Positions 37,737-46,994 of a stretch of 64,000 nucleotides of DNA are shown here, piece after piece. The stretch spans positions 19,966-83,965 of the forward strand of contig CAZVDL010000002.1 of NCBI GenBank assembly GCA_964626365.1, given 5' to 3'. The stretch is from an uncultured Nitrososphaerota archaeon (lineage in GTDB: Archaea > Thermoproteota > Methanomethylicia > Nezhaarchaeales > B40-G2). Each line of letters opens with the position of its first letter. Position 1 is the first letter of the stretch. Both the position numbers and the translations under genes were made by a program. The notes beneath the pieces were generated by a model. It had not been told where the DNA came from, made no database searches, and was given only the letters and a program-made list of their open reading frames with translations.

Positions 37737-38441
37737 ATGCTTAACTGCAAAGAGGTCATAGCCTGTAAGGCCCTAGCCGACGATGCTAGAAGGGCTATAC
37801 TTGAATTATTGTTCTGCTCTGGACCCTTAAGCATCGATGAGATTGCAAGAAGTACCGGGTTGAGGAGGGTTACTGTTCAGTATCATCTCAGGATACTGGA
37901 GCAAGCAGGGCTAGTAAGGCCTATGCTTGAGGTTAAGTCGACGCCAGGAAGACCAAGGAAATTGTATGAAGTTACTAAAGAGTACTTAAATCTAAGCTTT
38001 CCTAAAAGACAGTATGAGCTCCTTCTCAAGCTCCTCATGAATAGCGTAGTGAAAAAGCGTGGCTACGACGAGCTCGTGTCCTTAATGGAGGCTGCTGGAA
38101 GGGAGCTTGGTCAAAACATACTATTTAAGGTTAAATTAAACCATAACATAACTAAATGGGATATTGACACCTTCTGCAAGTACATATTACCTGAGCTAAG
38201 AGAATTAGGCTTTAGTCCCTTAGTGACTGGTGACTGTGTTAATGAGGTAGTAGTCAAATTAACTAACTGCATTTTCAGAGAATTAATAGCTGAGTACTCT
38301 GAAGCACTATGCGTTTGGCTAAGGGCTCTTGTTTACTCTTTAATGGAACCCTTTAAAGACTTTGAAATTAAATTAGGAAAAAGCGGTGAGACCTCGGAGT
38401 TTGAGGACTGCTTAACGATTATAAAGGCCAAGGCCAAATGA
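37737..38441 (+). CDS. ArsR-family HTH transcriptional regulator with C-terminal extension
   Basis: Its N-terminal winged HTH is LSIDEIARSTGLRRVTVQYHLRILEQAGLV. It lies between the Hdr cluster and the molybdoenzyme cluster. Confidence 0.55.
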   Translation: MLNCKEVIACKALADDARRAILELLFCSGPLSIDEIARSTGLRRVTVQYHLRILEQAGLVRPMLEVKSTPGRPRKLYEVTKEYLNLSFPKRQYELLLKLLMNSVVKKRGYDELVSLMEAAGRELGQNILFKVKLNHNITKWDIDTFCKYILPELRELGFSPLVTGDCVNEVVVKLTNCIFRELIAEYSEALCVWLRALVYSLMEPFKDFEIKLGKSGETSEFEDCLTIIKAKAK

Positions 38442-38646
38442 AGCCTCAGAATTAATTGGAAGTCCGACGAGTTTTCTATAACTGATGAGGACTCATTACG
38501 CGTGGAGTTAACTATGGACTTAGGTAGTATATCGACTTGACCATAACATGTAGCTGCTCTTTCCGTCGAGAAGGCCTTGATATCTTCCGAAACTTTTAAA
38601 ACTACTATTTTTATAAACTTTTTCATCACGTGATAGACCCCCTTAG

Positions 38647-39630
38647 GTGAAGGGAATGCCTACTCCAAGTGGAGACGAGCCTGAGAGGAGGACTTTCCTT
38701 AAAGCTATCGCGGGAGGAGCGATTGCTTCACTTCTTCCTGCTTCAGAGGCGCTTCAACATAACGGGCAAGCCGACCGCTCAGACTATTACGCCATTCTAT
38801 ATGATTCAACGAAGTGCATAGGGTGTAATTCATGTGTCATTGCTTGCAAATTATGGAACGGTAAACTGGGAGGTAGATTCCCCTTTCTTGTGGAGGACTT
38901 GAAAGGTCCCCAGGAACCTCCCGAGAAGCCAAGGCCTGACGTGCATCACTTTATGGTCATAGACAGGTTTTACAATCTTAGACACTACGACGGCAGAGCG
39001 GTATTCATGAGAAGATCGTGTATGCACTGCTTGGAACCACCCTGTATGTACGTATGCCCAACCAAGGCTATATACCAGTATAAAGGCATCAACTTAACGG
39101 ACTTCTCAAGGTGCTTTGGTTGTCAATACTGCGTAGTTGCTTGTCCCTATAAAGCTAGAGCCTTCTATGACGAATGGGGTGTCCCGGTTAAATGCTGGAT
39201 GTGTTTAGATAGAGTAGAAGAAGGCCTAGCTCCAGCCTGCGTGAGTGTATGTCCAGTGCGCGCTCTAACCTTTGGCAGCCGGAATGAGATTTTAATGAAA
39301 GTACGCGAGAGGGTCAAGGAGCTTCAAGGCGAGGGCAGAAGAGTTTACGTATGGGGGGCCACTGAAGAGGAGCTAGGTTCTCAAGGTGAAATCTCTGTTA
39401 CGCGTGAGTTTGGGACTAACGTTATAGTGATATCAGACGTCCCCTTTGAAGAAGTAGATTACCCAGAGCCTGAGATGCTAGTACCAGCACCGAAAGGTTA
39501 TCCTAAAATGCTCATGGAGCGTGGGGGCTTAGCCATTTTTGGTGGTGGCGCTTTCATCTTTTTAGCCTTCGCTCTATGGCGTAGGAGTAGAATCATCAAG
39601 GCTAAGATCAAGGAAATACCGAGGGGTTAA
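38647..39630 (+). CDS. Tat-exported 4x[4Fe-4S] ferredoxin subunit (NrfC/PsrB-like) with C-terminal TM helix
   Basis: It has a twin-arginine signal ERRTFLKAIAGGAIASLL, four Cys clusters (CIGCNSCVIAC, CMHCLEPPCMYVC, CFGCQYCVVAC, CWMC...C) and a C-terminal hydrophobic helix. Confidence 0.7.
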   Translation: MKGMPTPSGDEPERRTFLKAIAGGAIASLLPASEALQHNGQADRSDYYAILYDSTKCIGCNSCVIACKLWNGKLGGRFPFLVEDLKGPQEPPEKPRPDVHHFMVIDRFYNLRHYDGRAVFMRRSCMHCLEPPCMYVCPTKAIYQYKGINLTDFSRCFGCQYCVVACPYKARAFYDEWGVPVKCWMCLDRVEEGLAPACVSVCPVRALTFGSRNEILMKVRERVKELQGEGRRVYVWGATEEELGSQGEISVTREFGTNVIVISDVPFEEVDYPEPEMLVPAPKGYPKMLMERGGLAIFGGGAFIFLAFALWRRSRIIKAKIKEIPRG

Positions 39631-39633
39631 GAA

Positions 39634-40569
39634 ATGGAGCTCCCATGGGGCCCGGTGATAGCGGCGGCACTATACTTTGGTGGCTTAGGCGGCGGCTCGT
39701 TTATAGTAGCCTCAACCACCAGCTTCATCTCAGGCGAGGAATTTAGGGAGATAATGAAGTTTGGCTCCTACATAGGCATACTGGCCACGGCATTATGTGG
39801 ATTATGTTTATCTATACATGCAGGGCACCCAGAACGCCTCCTCTTCATGTACAGTAACCCAACGTCGATGATAACCTTCGGCACATGCGTCATAACGGCT
39901 ATACTGCCTATAGGCCTAATATATGCCACTTTTCTACCACCGGACTCACTTCCGTGGCTAAAATCCCTCTTTCCATGGTCGGTGTACGTGAAGCCTAGAA
40001 AGTTATTTGAGCTCATACTGTTCATATTAGGGTCAGGGCTAGCAGGCTACACAGGTTTCGTGCTAGGTATAGCTTGGGCTGAACCTTTCTGGGAGACGCC
40101 GTTGATAACGGCGCTATTCTTTATATCAGCGGTCTCAACTGGGTTGATGGCTATAGGTCTATGCCTAGCCATACTAAGACTAGTACAGGTGACCGAGGAG
40201 TCCCAGAAGCTATTCGTGGAAATGATGCATAGGCTTGATGTAGCCGACGGTTACATGTTAGCCCTGGAAGGCGGCATAGCCTTACTATACCTATATGTGA
40301 TGCTAAACGGAACATCAGGCATAGCTAAGCAGTCGGCACAATTACTTTTGACGGGGACCTTAGCCCCGCTATTCTGGGTAGGCTTCTTCCTAATAGGTAT
40401 AATCATACCAATAATCATAGAGTTGTTCCTAGCATGGAAAGGAAGAACCGCTAAGTATCTGAAGTTCTACGCGCCGCTGATGATAGTAGCCTCGTCCTTA
40501 GTGCTGGTAGGGGCTTTCTACATGAGATACTGCTTCTTAGTAGCGGGCCAGATACCCCTTTTATCCTAA
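39634..40569 (+). CDS. NrfD/PsrC-family integral membrane quinol-interacting subunit
   Basis: It has about eight predicted TM helices, and its size and position after the Tat-FeS subunit match NrfD/PsrC. Confidence 0.7.
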   Translation: MELPWGPVIAAALYFGGLGGGSFIVASTTSFISGEEFREIMKFGSYIGILATALCGLCLSIHAGHPERLLFMYSNPTSMITFGTCVITAILPIGLIYATFLPPDSLPWLKSLFPWSVYVKPRKLFELILFILGSGLAGYTGFVLGIAWAEPFWETPLITALFFISAVSTGLMAIGLCLAILRLVQVTEESQKLFVEMMHRLDVADGYMLALEGGIALLYLYVMLNGTSGIAKQSAQLLLTGTLAPLFWVGFFLIGIIIPIIIELFLAWKGRTAKYLKFYAPLMIVASSLVLVGAFYMRYCFLVAGQIPLLS

Positions 40570-40667
40570 TCCACACCCGCCATTACTGCTCTTTCCACGA
40601 TTCAGTTCCATGAATGCTTATAAATTTAATAAAAATAGAATTTTTCTGCTAAAGGGGATGAAGAGGG

Positions 40668-41453
40668 ATGTACGCTATACTCTACGACTCCTCCCTGTGC
40701 ATAGGCTGCAGGGCCTGTCAAGTTGCCTGTAAGAGGTGGAATGGCTTAGAAGCTGACGAAACCGAGGGCATGGACTTTGGGAACCCTCAGAGCCTAACAT
40801 CCAATACTTGGAACGTAGTTAAGTACGTATGGGTCGAAGAAGAAAACGGCCCTAAACTACATTTCGTGGTTAATAGGTGTATGCATTGCTTAGAGCCTGT
40901 ATGCGAGGCAGTATGTCCCGTTCGAGCCATAGTCAAAGATAGGGAGACCGGGGCAGTAGTTACTCACCCAGAGCGCTGTGTAGGCTGTCTAGCCTGCGTT
41001 GAGGCATGTCCATTCTCTGTACCTAAGTTTGGCAGGGGTGTTGGGACTAGGAAGTGCATAATGTGCATTGATAGACTTCGCTTAGGACTTGAACCAGCGT
41101 GCGTCTCAACCTGTCCAACAGGGGCCCTCAAGTTCGGTGAGCGTAGTGAGATAATTAAGATGGCTGAGGAAAGGGCGAAGGAAATAGGCGGCTACGTGTA
41201 CGGCGTTCACGAGGCTGGAGGCACCTCGGTAATAATGGTCCTCACAGCTCCTCCTGAGAAGCTGGGGCTGCCTACACCTATGAAGGCGCCCTATGTCAAG
41301 TCTAAGGTCAGCGGGGCTGATACGCTCCTGAAGGAGGCCACGAGCATGTTGACCGGCAGTGGAGTGGGTGAGAGCCTTGTGCTTGCTCTCGGAGCCGCCA
41401 TAGTAGGGGGTGTCATAGCGAGAAGAATGAAGATCTCTAGGAAGGAGGGATGA
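40668..41453 (+). CDS. 4x[4Fe-4S] electron-transfer subunit (PsrB/DmsB-like) with C-terminal TM anchor, no signal peptide
   Basis: It has CIGCRACQVAC, CMHCLEPVCEAVCP, CVGCLACVEACP and CIMC...CVSTCP, with a hydrophobic C-terminus. Confidence 0.7.
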   Translation: MYAILYDSSLCIGCRACQVACKRWNGLEADETEGMDFGNPQSLTSNTWNVVKYVWVEEENGPKLHFVVNRCMHCLEPVCEAVCPVRAIVKDRETGAVVTHPERCVGCLACVEACPFSVPKFGRGVGTRKCIMCIDRLRLGLEPACVSTCPTGALKFGERSEIIKMAEERAKEIGGYVYGVHEAGGTSVIMVLTAPPEKLGLPTPMKAPYVKSKVSGADTLLKEATSMLTGSGVGESLVLALGAAIVGGVIARRMKISRKEG

Positions 41454-41456
41454 AGG

Positions 41457-43712
41457 ATGACTCGCTTAACTAGGAGAGAATTCCTTAAAACTATGGCTTC
41501 GGCGGGTCTATTGGCAAGCCTAGGCTTAAGTACACTTCAACCCATAGAGGTCGAGGCGCACGACTATTACTGGGACCGCCTTTATAGAAGCTCCTTAAAG
41601 TATGGTGTATGCGGGATTTGTGGCTCAGCTTGTGCCTTTAAAGCCTACGTAGAAGGTGACAGTTACCTAACCGACTTAAGAGGTAACATCAACGATTTAG
41701 AGAGTCAAGGCAAATTATGTGCTAAAGGTAACGCTGGCATATGGTACGCATACGACCCAGATAGGCTCAAGTACCCGTTAAAGAGGACAAACCCCGAGAA
41801 AGGCATCGATGTAGATCCGAAGTGGGTTAGAATATCTTGGAAGGAAGCCTTAGATTTAGTAGCCAACAAGTTCAAGGAAATTAAGGAGAAATACGGCGGT
41901 CATACGATAATATTCATGGGACACCCACCATATAAGCCCTGGCTTGTGAGGTTAGCACATGCCCTTGGCAGCCCTAATTACATAAGTCACCTAGATACTT
42001 GTGTAATAACCAATGTCTTAGTACGCAAATATACGATGTTCACGCCGACGTTTGTTCATGATGTAAAGAATGCTCGGTACATCCTGTGCTTTGGCTGGGA
42101 TCAACCAGCCAAAGGCAAGATCGTCTATACCCATCAATTCAGCGAGGCTGTTAAGCAAGGAGCTAAAATAGTGGTGTTAAACCCGCTATACACGACGACG
42201 GTGGCTAAAGCGACAGAGTGGATACCTATTAAGCCAGGTACAGATCTCGCCTTCGCCTTAGCTATGATGAACGTCATAATCAATGAAGGGCTGTACGATG
42301 AGGACTACGTAGCTAAGTACACTAACTTCAAGGATTATGAGGATAAGATAGTATCTTGGGTCAAACCGTATACGCCTGAGTGGGCTGAAGGTATCACTGA
42401 GGTGCCGGCCGAAACTATAAGGAAGGTAGCAAGAGAGTTTGCGACTATCAAACCCTCCATGGCCTTAACTCATAAGAGAGACGCGGCGGGTCCCAATTAC
42501 ACTAATAGCTGGAAGCTAGCCCACGCGATAGTTATACTAAACGCTTTAGTGGGTGCCATCGATAATGTTGGAGGAGTGATACTCCCTAGGACCTTTAAAG
42601 TACCTGACGTAAATAAGATCTATCCTCCTCCACCCCCTCCAAGCGTCAAGGAGAAGGCTGACGGTAAACATCTGCTTCCTCTCCTCGACAAGCTGGGCCA
42701 TGGCATATTCTCAACGTTGGTGGAAAACATCTTAAGGGAGAAGCCCTACCCTGTTAAAGCCGCGCTAATATGCAACTATAACGTACTAGCCTTCCCTAAC
42801 CCTAAGAGGGCCGTAGAAGCCTTTAAGAAGCTAGAGTTCATAGCGGTCGTCGACATATTACCTAGCGAAATGGCCTTACTTGCAGACGTGGTTTTACCCG
42901 ACACGACCTACTGGGAGACTTCAGGTTTCTCTCCACGTAAGTATAATGCTCTTTACCCGCAAATAGCGGTGAAGGACGCTGTCATCAAGCCTATGTACGA
43001 TGTCAAGAGCCACAACTGGATCATTTACCAGATAGGCAAGAGAGTGGCTCCAGAGTACTTTAACTTTAGCTTAAGCGAGCTAAAGAAGGAGATGTTAAGG
43101 AGAGCGGGTATAGCTAACTCTTTCGATGAATTAAAGGAGAAAGCGGTAGACGGTATATACACTCTTCCTGGGGCCTCCTTCAAACCCTTAGAGAAGCTTG
43201 AAGCCTTCGCTAAGCAGGGGAAGAAGATACAGATATATGCTGAGATCTTCGAGAAGTACGGCTATGATCCGCTACCTTCATGGGAGCCTAAGAGGGAAGA
43301 GAAAAGCCTGGAATACCCATACTACTTAATAGTGACTAGGTCGGCTGTGCATAGGCATGGTAAGACGACCAACATACCTTGGCTGCATGAGATATGCCCT
43401 GAAAACTGCGTCTTAATACATCCAGAGGAAGCTGAGAGGTTGGGCATCAAAGACATGGACTGGGTCTACGTGGAGTCACGATACGGAAGGATTAAGATTA
43501 AGGCGCTACGCTGGCCTGGAATCAGGAAAGATTGCGTATGCGTCCCCCACGGCTTTGGACACTGGTCAAGGTTCCTCAGGGTAGCTTACGGATGGGGGGC
43601 TAACGACGGCGACCTCATACCCACTCAAACCATTGAGGATGTGTTGAAGAGGAGAGATCCAACAGCCAACGCGTGTATGTCAGATGTCTGCGTTAAGGTG
43701 TATAAAGCCTAA
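41457..43712 (+). CDS. Tat-exported molybdopterin (bis-MGD) oxidoreductase catalytic subunit, Psr/Phs/Sre-like
   Basis: It has a twin-arginine signal TRREFLKTMASAGLLASLGL and an N-terminal 4Fe-4S motif CGICGSACAF....C. At 751 aa its size fits the polysulfide/thiosulfate reductase group. Confidence 0.75.
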   Translation: MTRLTRREFLKTMASAGLLASLGLSTLQPIEVEAHDYYWDRLYRSSLKYGVCGICGSACAFKAYVEGDSYLTDLRGNINDLESQGKLCAKGNAGIWYAYDPDRLKYPLKRTNPEKGIDVDPKWVRISWKEALDLVANKFKEIKEKYGGHTIIFMGHPPYKPWLVRLAHALGSPNYISHLDTCVITNVLVRKYTMFTPTFVHDVKNARYILCFGWDQPAKGKIVYTHQFSEAVKQGAKIVVLNPLYTTTVAKATEWIPIKPGTDLAFALAMMNVIINEGLYDEDYVAKYTNFKDYEDKIVSWVKPYTPEWAEGITEVPAETIRKVAREFATIKPSMALTHKRDAAGPNYTNSWKLAHAIVILNALVGAIDNVGGVILPRTFKVPDVNKIYPPPPPPSVKEKADGKHLLPLLDKLGHGIFSTLVENILREKPYPVKAALICNYNVLAFPNPKRAVEAFKKLEFIAVVDILPSEMALLADVVLPDTTYWETSGFSPRKYNALYPQIAVKDAVIKPMYDVKSHNWIIYQIGKRVAPEYFNFSLSELKKEMLRRAGIANSFDELKEKAVDGIYTLPGASFKPLEKLEAFAKQGKKIQIYAEIFEKYGYDPLPSWEPKREEKSLEYPYYLIVTRSAVHRHGKTTNIPWLHEICPENCVLIHPEEAERLGIKDMDWVYVESRYGRIKIKALRWPGIRKDCVCVPHGFGHWSRFLRVAYGWGANDGDLIPTQTIEDVLKRRDPTANACMSDVCVKVYKA

Positions 43713-43729
43713 AAACTCTCTTTTTTACC

Positions 43730-44377
43730 ATGAACTCTCCATCAATCTTCCTAACTCTATACGAATTCCTCTCAGCCTTCTTCCATTATCCACGGAGGAG
43801 GCTTGTTAAGTTATTGAGGGAGGGGTTTATTGAGGAGTTAGAGGATCGCGTAAAATCACTAACCGATTTTCCTGACGAATATAAGAAGGGTTTTTCCCTG
43901 ATTAAGGAGTATGTAGAGTCTACTAGGGAAAGAAGTCTTGAAGACGTACATAGGGAATTGGCAGTTGAGTATACCAGGCTTTTCATAAACGCCTTTCCCA
44001 TGGTCCCCTGTCCCCCATACGAGTCATTCTACGTTAACGGTGGTCTTTTGGCGCAACGGTCTGCTGCGAAGGTTCTAGAAATCTATGCTAAGGTGGGATA
44101 CCGTTTAAGGGACAAGTTTAAGGATCTACCAGATCACATTGCTGTTGAATTAGAGTTCATGTCTATACTTCATAGGATGAAGCTTAAACACGAACGTAAA
44201 GAAGAACTCAACGAGATCAAGCATTTATTCCTCAAGGAACATCTACTTAAGTGGGCGCCGTCCTTCTGCGACAACATTGAGAGAAACGCTAAGCTCACCT
44301 TCTATAAAGGACTATCGTACATATTAAGGGGCCTTTTGACCATGGAAGCTAAGAATTTAATGGAGTGTTCTTCTTGA
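43730..44377 (+). CDS. TorD/DmsD-family redox-enzyme maturation chaperone
   Basis: Its ~215 aa size, its position immediately after the catalytic subunit, and TorD-like helical sequence support the call. Confidence 0.55.
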   Translation: MNSPSIFLTLYEFLSAFFHYPRRRLVKLLREGFIEELEDRVKSLTDFPDEYKKGFSLIKEYVESTRERSLEDVHRELAVEYTRLFINAFPMVPCPPYESFYVNGGLLAQRSAAKVLEIYAKVGYRLRDKFKDLPDHIAVELEFMSILHRMKLKHERKEELNEIKHLFLKEHLLKWAPSFCDNIERNAKLTFYKGLSYILRGLLTMEAKNLMECSS

Positions 44378-44430
44378 CAGTTGATGATTTTTCAGGTGAA
44401 CCCAAGTTCACACACGATCCTCCCCCTTTA

Positions 44431-45066
44431 ATGAATGAAAAAACATTAATAAGTAGGGATAGATTGAAGGGGATTAAATATAGAGATCTTGTTCTATTGC
44501 GAAGTATAAAGGAGATCAAGGAGGCCTCATTAAAGCTAAACCTCCCTAGCGAAGTAATTAAAGAAGCTATTGAATGTTTAAATAAGGCCTTAGATCTTGG
44601 CTTAACAAGAGATCTAGGACATATTTGTCTTAAGGCTTCGTGCCTATACTTAGCGGCGCGTCTATTCAACGTACCCTTGACTTTAGACCGCGTATTAGCT
44701 AACTTTAAATGTTGTTGTAAGAGACCTTATAGAGCTCTCTTGAAATTAACGAGAGAGCTTAAATTTAAATTGCAGCCTTTAAAACCCGAGGCGCTATTAA
44801 CTAAGGTCATTTATGAGCTTAACTTGCCTGCTGAGCTTGAGGATAAAGCGTTCCAAGAAATTAGGAGACTCAAACGCGTTTTGAGAGGCAAAAGCCCAAA
44901 GACCATAACCGCGGTTGCTATCGTTAAAGCTGCGCGTGAATTGGGGCTTAGCTTGGTTGAACGTAAGGTAGCAGAAACTATTGGTATAACGCCCACAACG
45001 CTGCGGGCAGCTAAGAAGACGTTGATGGACAGGGAGAAGGAAAGTTACGTAGAGACTATTGATTAA
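44431..45066 (+). CDS. TFB-like protein consisting only of the cyclin-repeat core (no Zn-ribbon/B-reader)
   Basis: It has two cyclin-like repeats with the TFIIB-repeat signature (..LGLTRDLGHICLKASCLYLAARLFNVPLTLDRV.. and ..ITAVAIVKAARELGLSLVERKVAETIGITPTTLRAAKK). The ORF track starts at GTG 44365, but an in-frame ATG at 44431 is the more likely start. Confidence 0.5.
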   Translation: MNEKTLISRDRLKGIKYRDLVLLRSIKEIKEASLKLNLPSEVIKEAIECLNKALDLGLTRDLGHICLKASCLYLAARLFNVPLTLDRVLANFKCCCKRPYRALLKLTRELKFKLQPLKPEALLTKVIYELNLPAELEDKAFQEIRRLKRVLRGKSPKTITAVAIVKAARELGLSLVERKVAETIGITPTTLRAAKKTLMDREKESYVETID

Positions 45067-45303
45067 ATATATAAGGGGATTTCAAGGTTTAGCCTAGAAG
45101 CCTTACACTCCAGGAATGATTAATCGCGAAGCCTGCAGACATACAAGGTACATGTAAATTCATAGGCTTATTTAAAGAAGAGCCTTCAGCACGAAGCGTA
45201 CCAAGACGAGTCTCTATCTGTGTTGATGGCTGCCTTATGGGTGCTATTAGGGTGGTGGTCTTTAAGGCTGGAAGCTTGGTGACTAACGTTTAAGGGGTCA
45301 GCC

Positions 45304-46323
45304 TTGAGGCTTGGCTTCCTTTATTCTCATGAATTCGGTGAGAGGGTTATCGGCAACCTGATAAACCACTCCACTTTCTGTCGTTCATGCGACCTCGCGT
45401 GTGAACATTGCCGCGTAAGCTATGGGTCCTATGCATCCGATATTCAATGGGTATGTGAGCTTCCACGTGAGCTGCCTAGCTTCATAGATGACCCTCAAGA
45501 GTACCTGCCTGATGCGGTACCTGATGTGGATGTGCTCGTTGTAATTGGTCTACATCCTGACCTCTTAGCTGGCCTCCCGAGCTTAGTTAAGGAGTCTAAC
45601 GTGAAAGCTATCTTAGTGCCTCTTGAGGATAGAGAATGGTGTCCTCCTGGTTTGCGTACTCAGGTGGCTGAGGAGTTAAGTGAGGCGGGCATAGAAGTCG
45701 TCTTCCCTAAACCTTTTTGTTCACTTACTTTAACCGGTAATAGGTACATAGATCTCTTCGTAGAGAGGTACAGGATAGGCCGGCCCCTGATTAAAGTTGA
45801 GGTTGAAGACGAAGTAATTAGAAGCGCGCATGTAGTGAGGAGCGCGCCCTGTGGGGCTACTTGGTATATTGCTAGGCAGGTTTCAGGTAAGACCATAAAG
45901 GGGGTGTGGGAGATCGTATCTAAGGCGCATCACTCTTATCCATGCACTGCTAGCATGCAGCCAGACCCTGAGATTGGTGATACCATTCTTCATAGAGGAG
46001 GCTACATGGCTAGAGAAGCTGTAAGGGACGCGATCATCATGGCAGGGTACGAGCCTTTGGAGCTTGATGCCAAGGCTATAGGAGTCAAAGTAGAGGTGGA
46101 AGGTTTAGGTTCAGTTAACCTTGAGGTTTTTCCATGGCTTGAGGACTCCTTCGGCATTATCGAGCGCGCCCTGTGGGTAATCGCGAAGAAAACCGTTAAT
46201 CCTGCTCACTGTAAGGCATTAGTTAGGAGGACCGGTAAAGTAGAGAGTTTAGCTGGTGGATTGATGAAATGGTTAGCTAAAGGAGACGAGATACTCGTCA
46301 GACCCTCATTTTACCGTAAGTAG
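45304..46323 (+). CDS. Conserved hypothetical protein with N-terminal Cys cluster (CRSCDLACEHC)
   Basis: A 339-aa ORF. Any family assignment (possibly DUF166-like) is unverified. Confidence 0.3.
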   Translation: MRLGFLYSHEFGERVIGNLINHSTFCRSCDLACEHCRVSYGSYASDIQWVCELPRELPSFIDDPQEYLPDAVPDVDVLVVIGLHPDLLAGLPSLVKESNVKAILVPLEDREWCPPGLRTQVAEELSEAGIEVVFPKPFCSLTLTGNRYIDLFVERYRIGRPLIKVEVEDEVIRSAHVVRSAPCGATWYIARQVSGKTIKGVWEIVSKAHHSYPCTASMQPDPEIGDTILHRGGYMAREAVRDAIIMAGYEPLELDAKAIGVKVEVEGLGSVNLEVFPWLEDSFGIIERALWVIAKKTVNPAHCKALVRRTGKVESLAGGLMKWLAKGDEILVRPSFYRK

Positions 46324-46397
46324 CTAGGCTTAAAGTGTTTAGAACCTGACGGAAAGTTTATGTAATCAGCTACTTTATCATCTTTCAAGTGATCTAA

Positions 46398-46649
46398 GTG
46401 AAACTGGAGGAATACTTAGAGAGATGGTTTCAGGATGAGTGTTTAGAGGTCGGCTTATACTTAGCTATGGCTAAGAAAGCCGACGAGGAAGGGTGCCCTG
46501 AGATAGCCGCTCTCTTTAGGAAGATCGCTCGGGATGAAGCACGGCATGCCGCGATAGCCATAGAGCTGGCTGGGAAAGTAGTCTCAACGAAAGAGAACCT
46601 AGAGAGGATGATTGAAGGTGAAGGAAAAAAGCCTTTGAAATCAGGATGA
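46398..46649 (+). CDS. Small ferritin-like/rubrerythrin-family fragment-sized protein
   Basis: It has one E...DEARH diiron-like half-site and is only 83 aa. Confidence 0.35.
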   Translation: MKLEEYLERWFQDECLEVGLYLAMAKKADEEGCPEIAALFRKIARDEARHAAIAIELAGKVVSTKENLERMIEGEGKKPLKSG

Positions 46650-46787
46650 AAGAGGCTGAGCACCACGAGGACCCGCTAGGTCTTACTTCTATGCAACTGC
46701 TAAAGATGAAGAAGGACGGCGGAAGGCTCTAATGAGCATCTACGAAAAAATACTTTAAGAAGTGGACTTCGTGTGACCCCTTCTTTT

Positions 46788-46841
46788 TATGGAGGCTACT
46801 TGGAAGTACGCTAGCCTTAACGCCTTGGCCAGGGGTAGGTG
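46788..46841. repeat. 54-bp direct repeat, copy 1 (duplicate of an internal trkH segment, copy 2 at 47954..48007)
   Basis: There is an exact 54/54 nt match between 46788..46841 and 47954..48007. Confidence 0.85.
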
Positions 46842-46994
46842 AGATCGTTAACGACGTCTCGTGACCACATAATTCTGCTGGAGGCGTGGACTTAGGATAG
46901 AAGGGGCCTTATAAGGCCTGTAACTAAACGGATAGGCGTGATTCAGGGGTTAAGCGTGTCTGCTCAACCATCGTGGCGAAGCGCTTAAGATAGC

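Noticed and set aside
38455-38540. A possible C/D-box sRNA (CUGAUGAG ... CUGC) in the spacer upstream of the molybdoenzyme locus.
   Set aside because: The C box is not a canonical RUGAUGA, there is no clear D box CUGA at the 3' end, and no terminal stem, so I cannot support it without a covariance-model search.
38333-38629. A 98-aa minus-strand ORF across the ArsR 3' end and the intergenic promoter region.
   Set aside because: It has AT-rich low-complexity translation and overlaps the ArsR gene and the promoter of the Tat-FeS gene.
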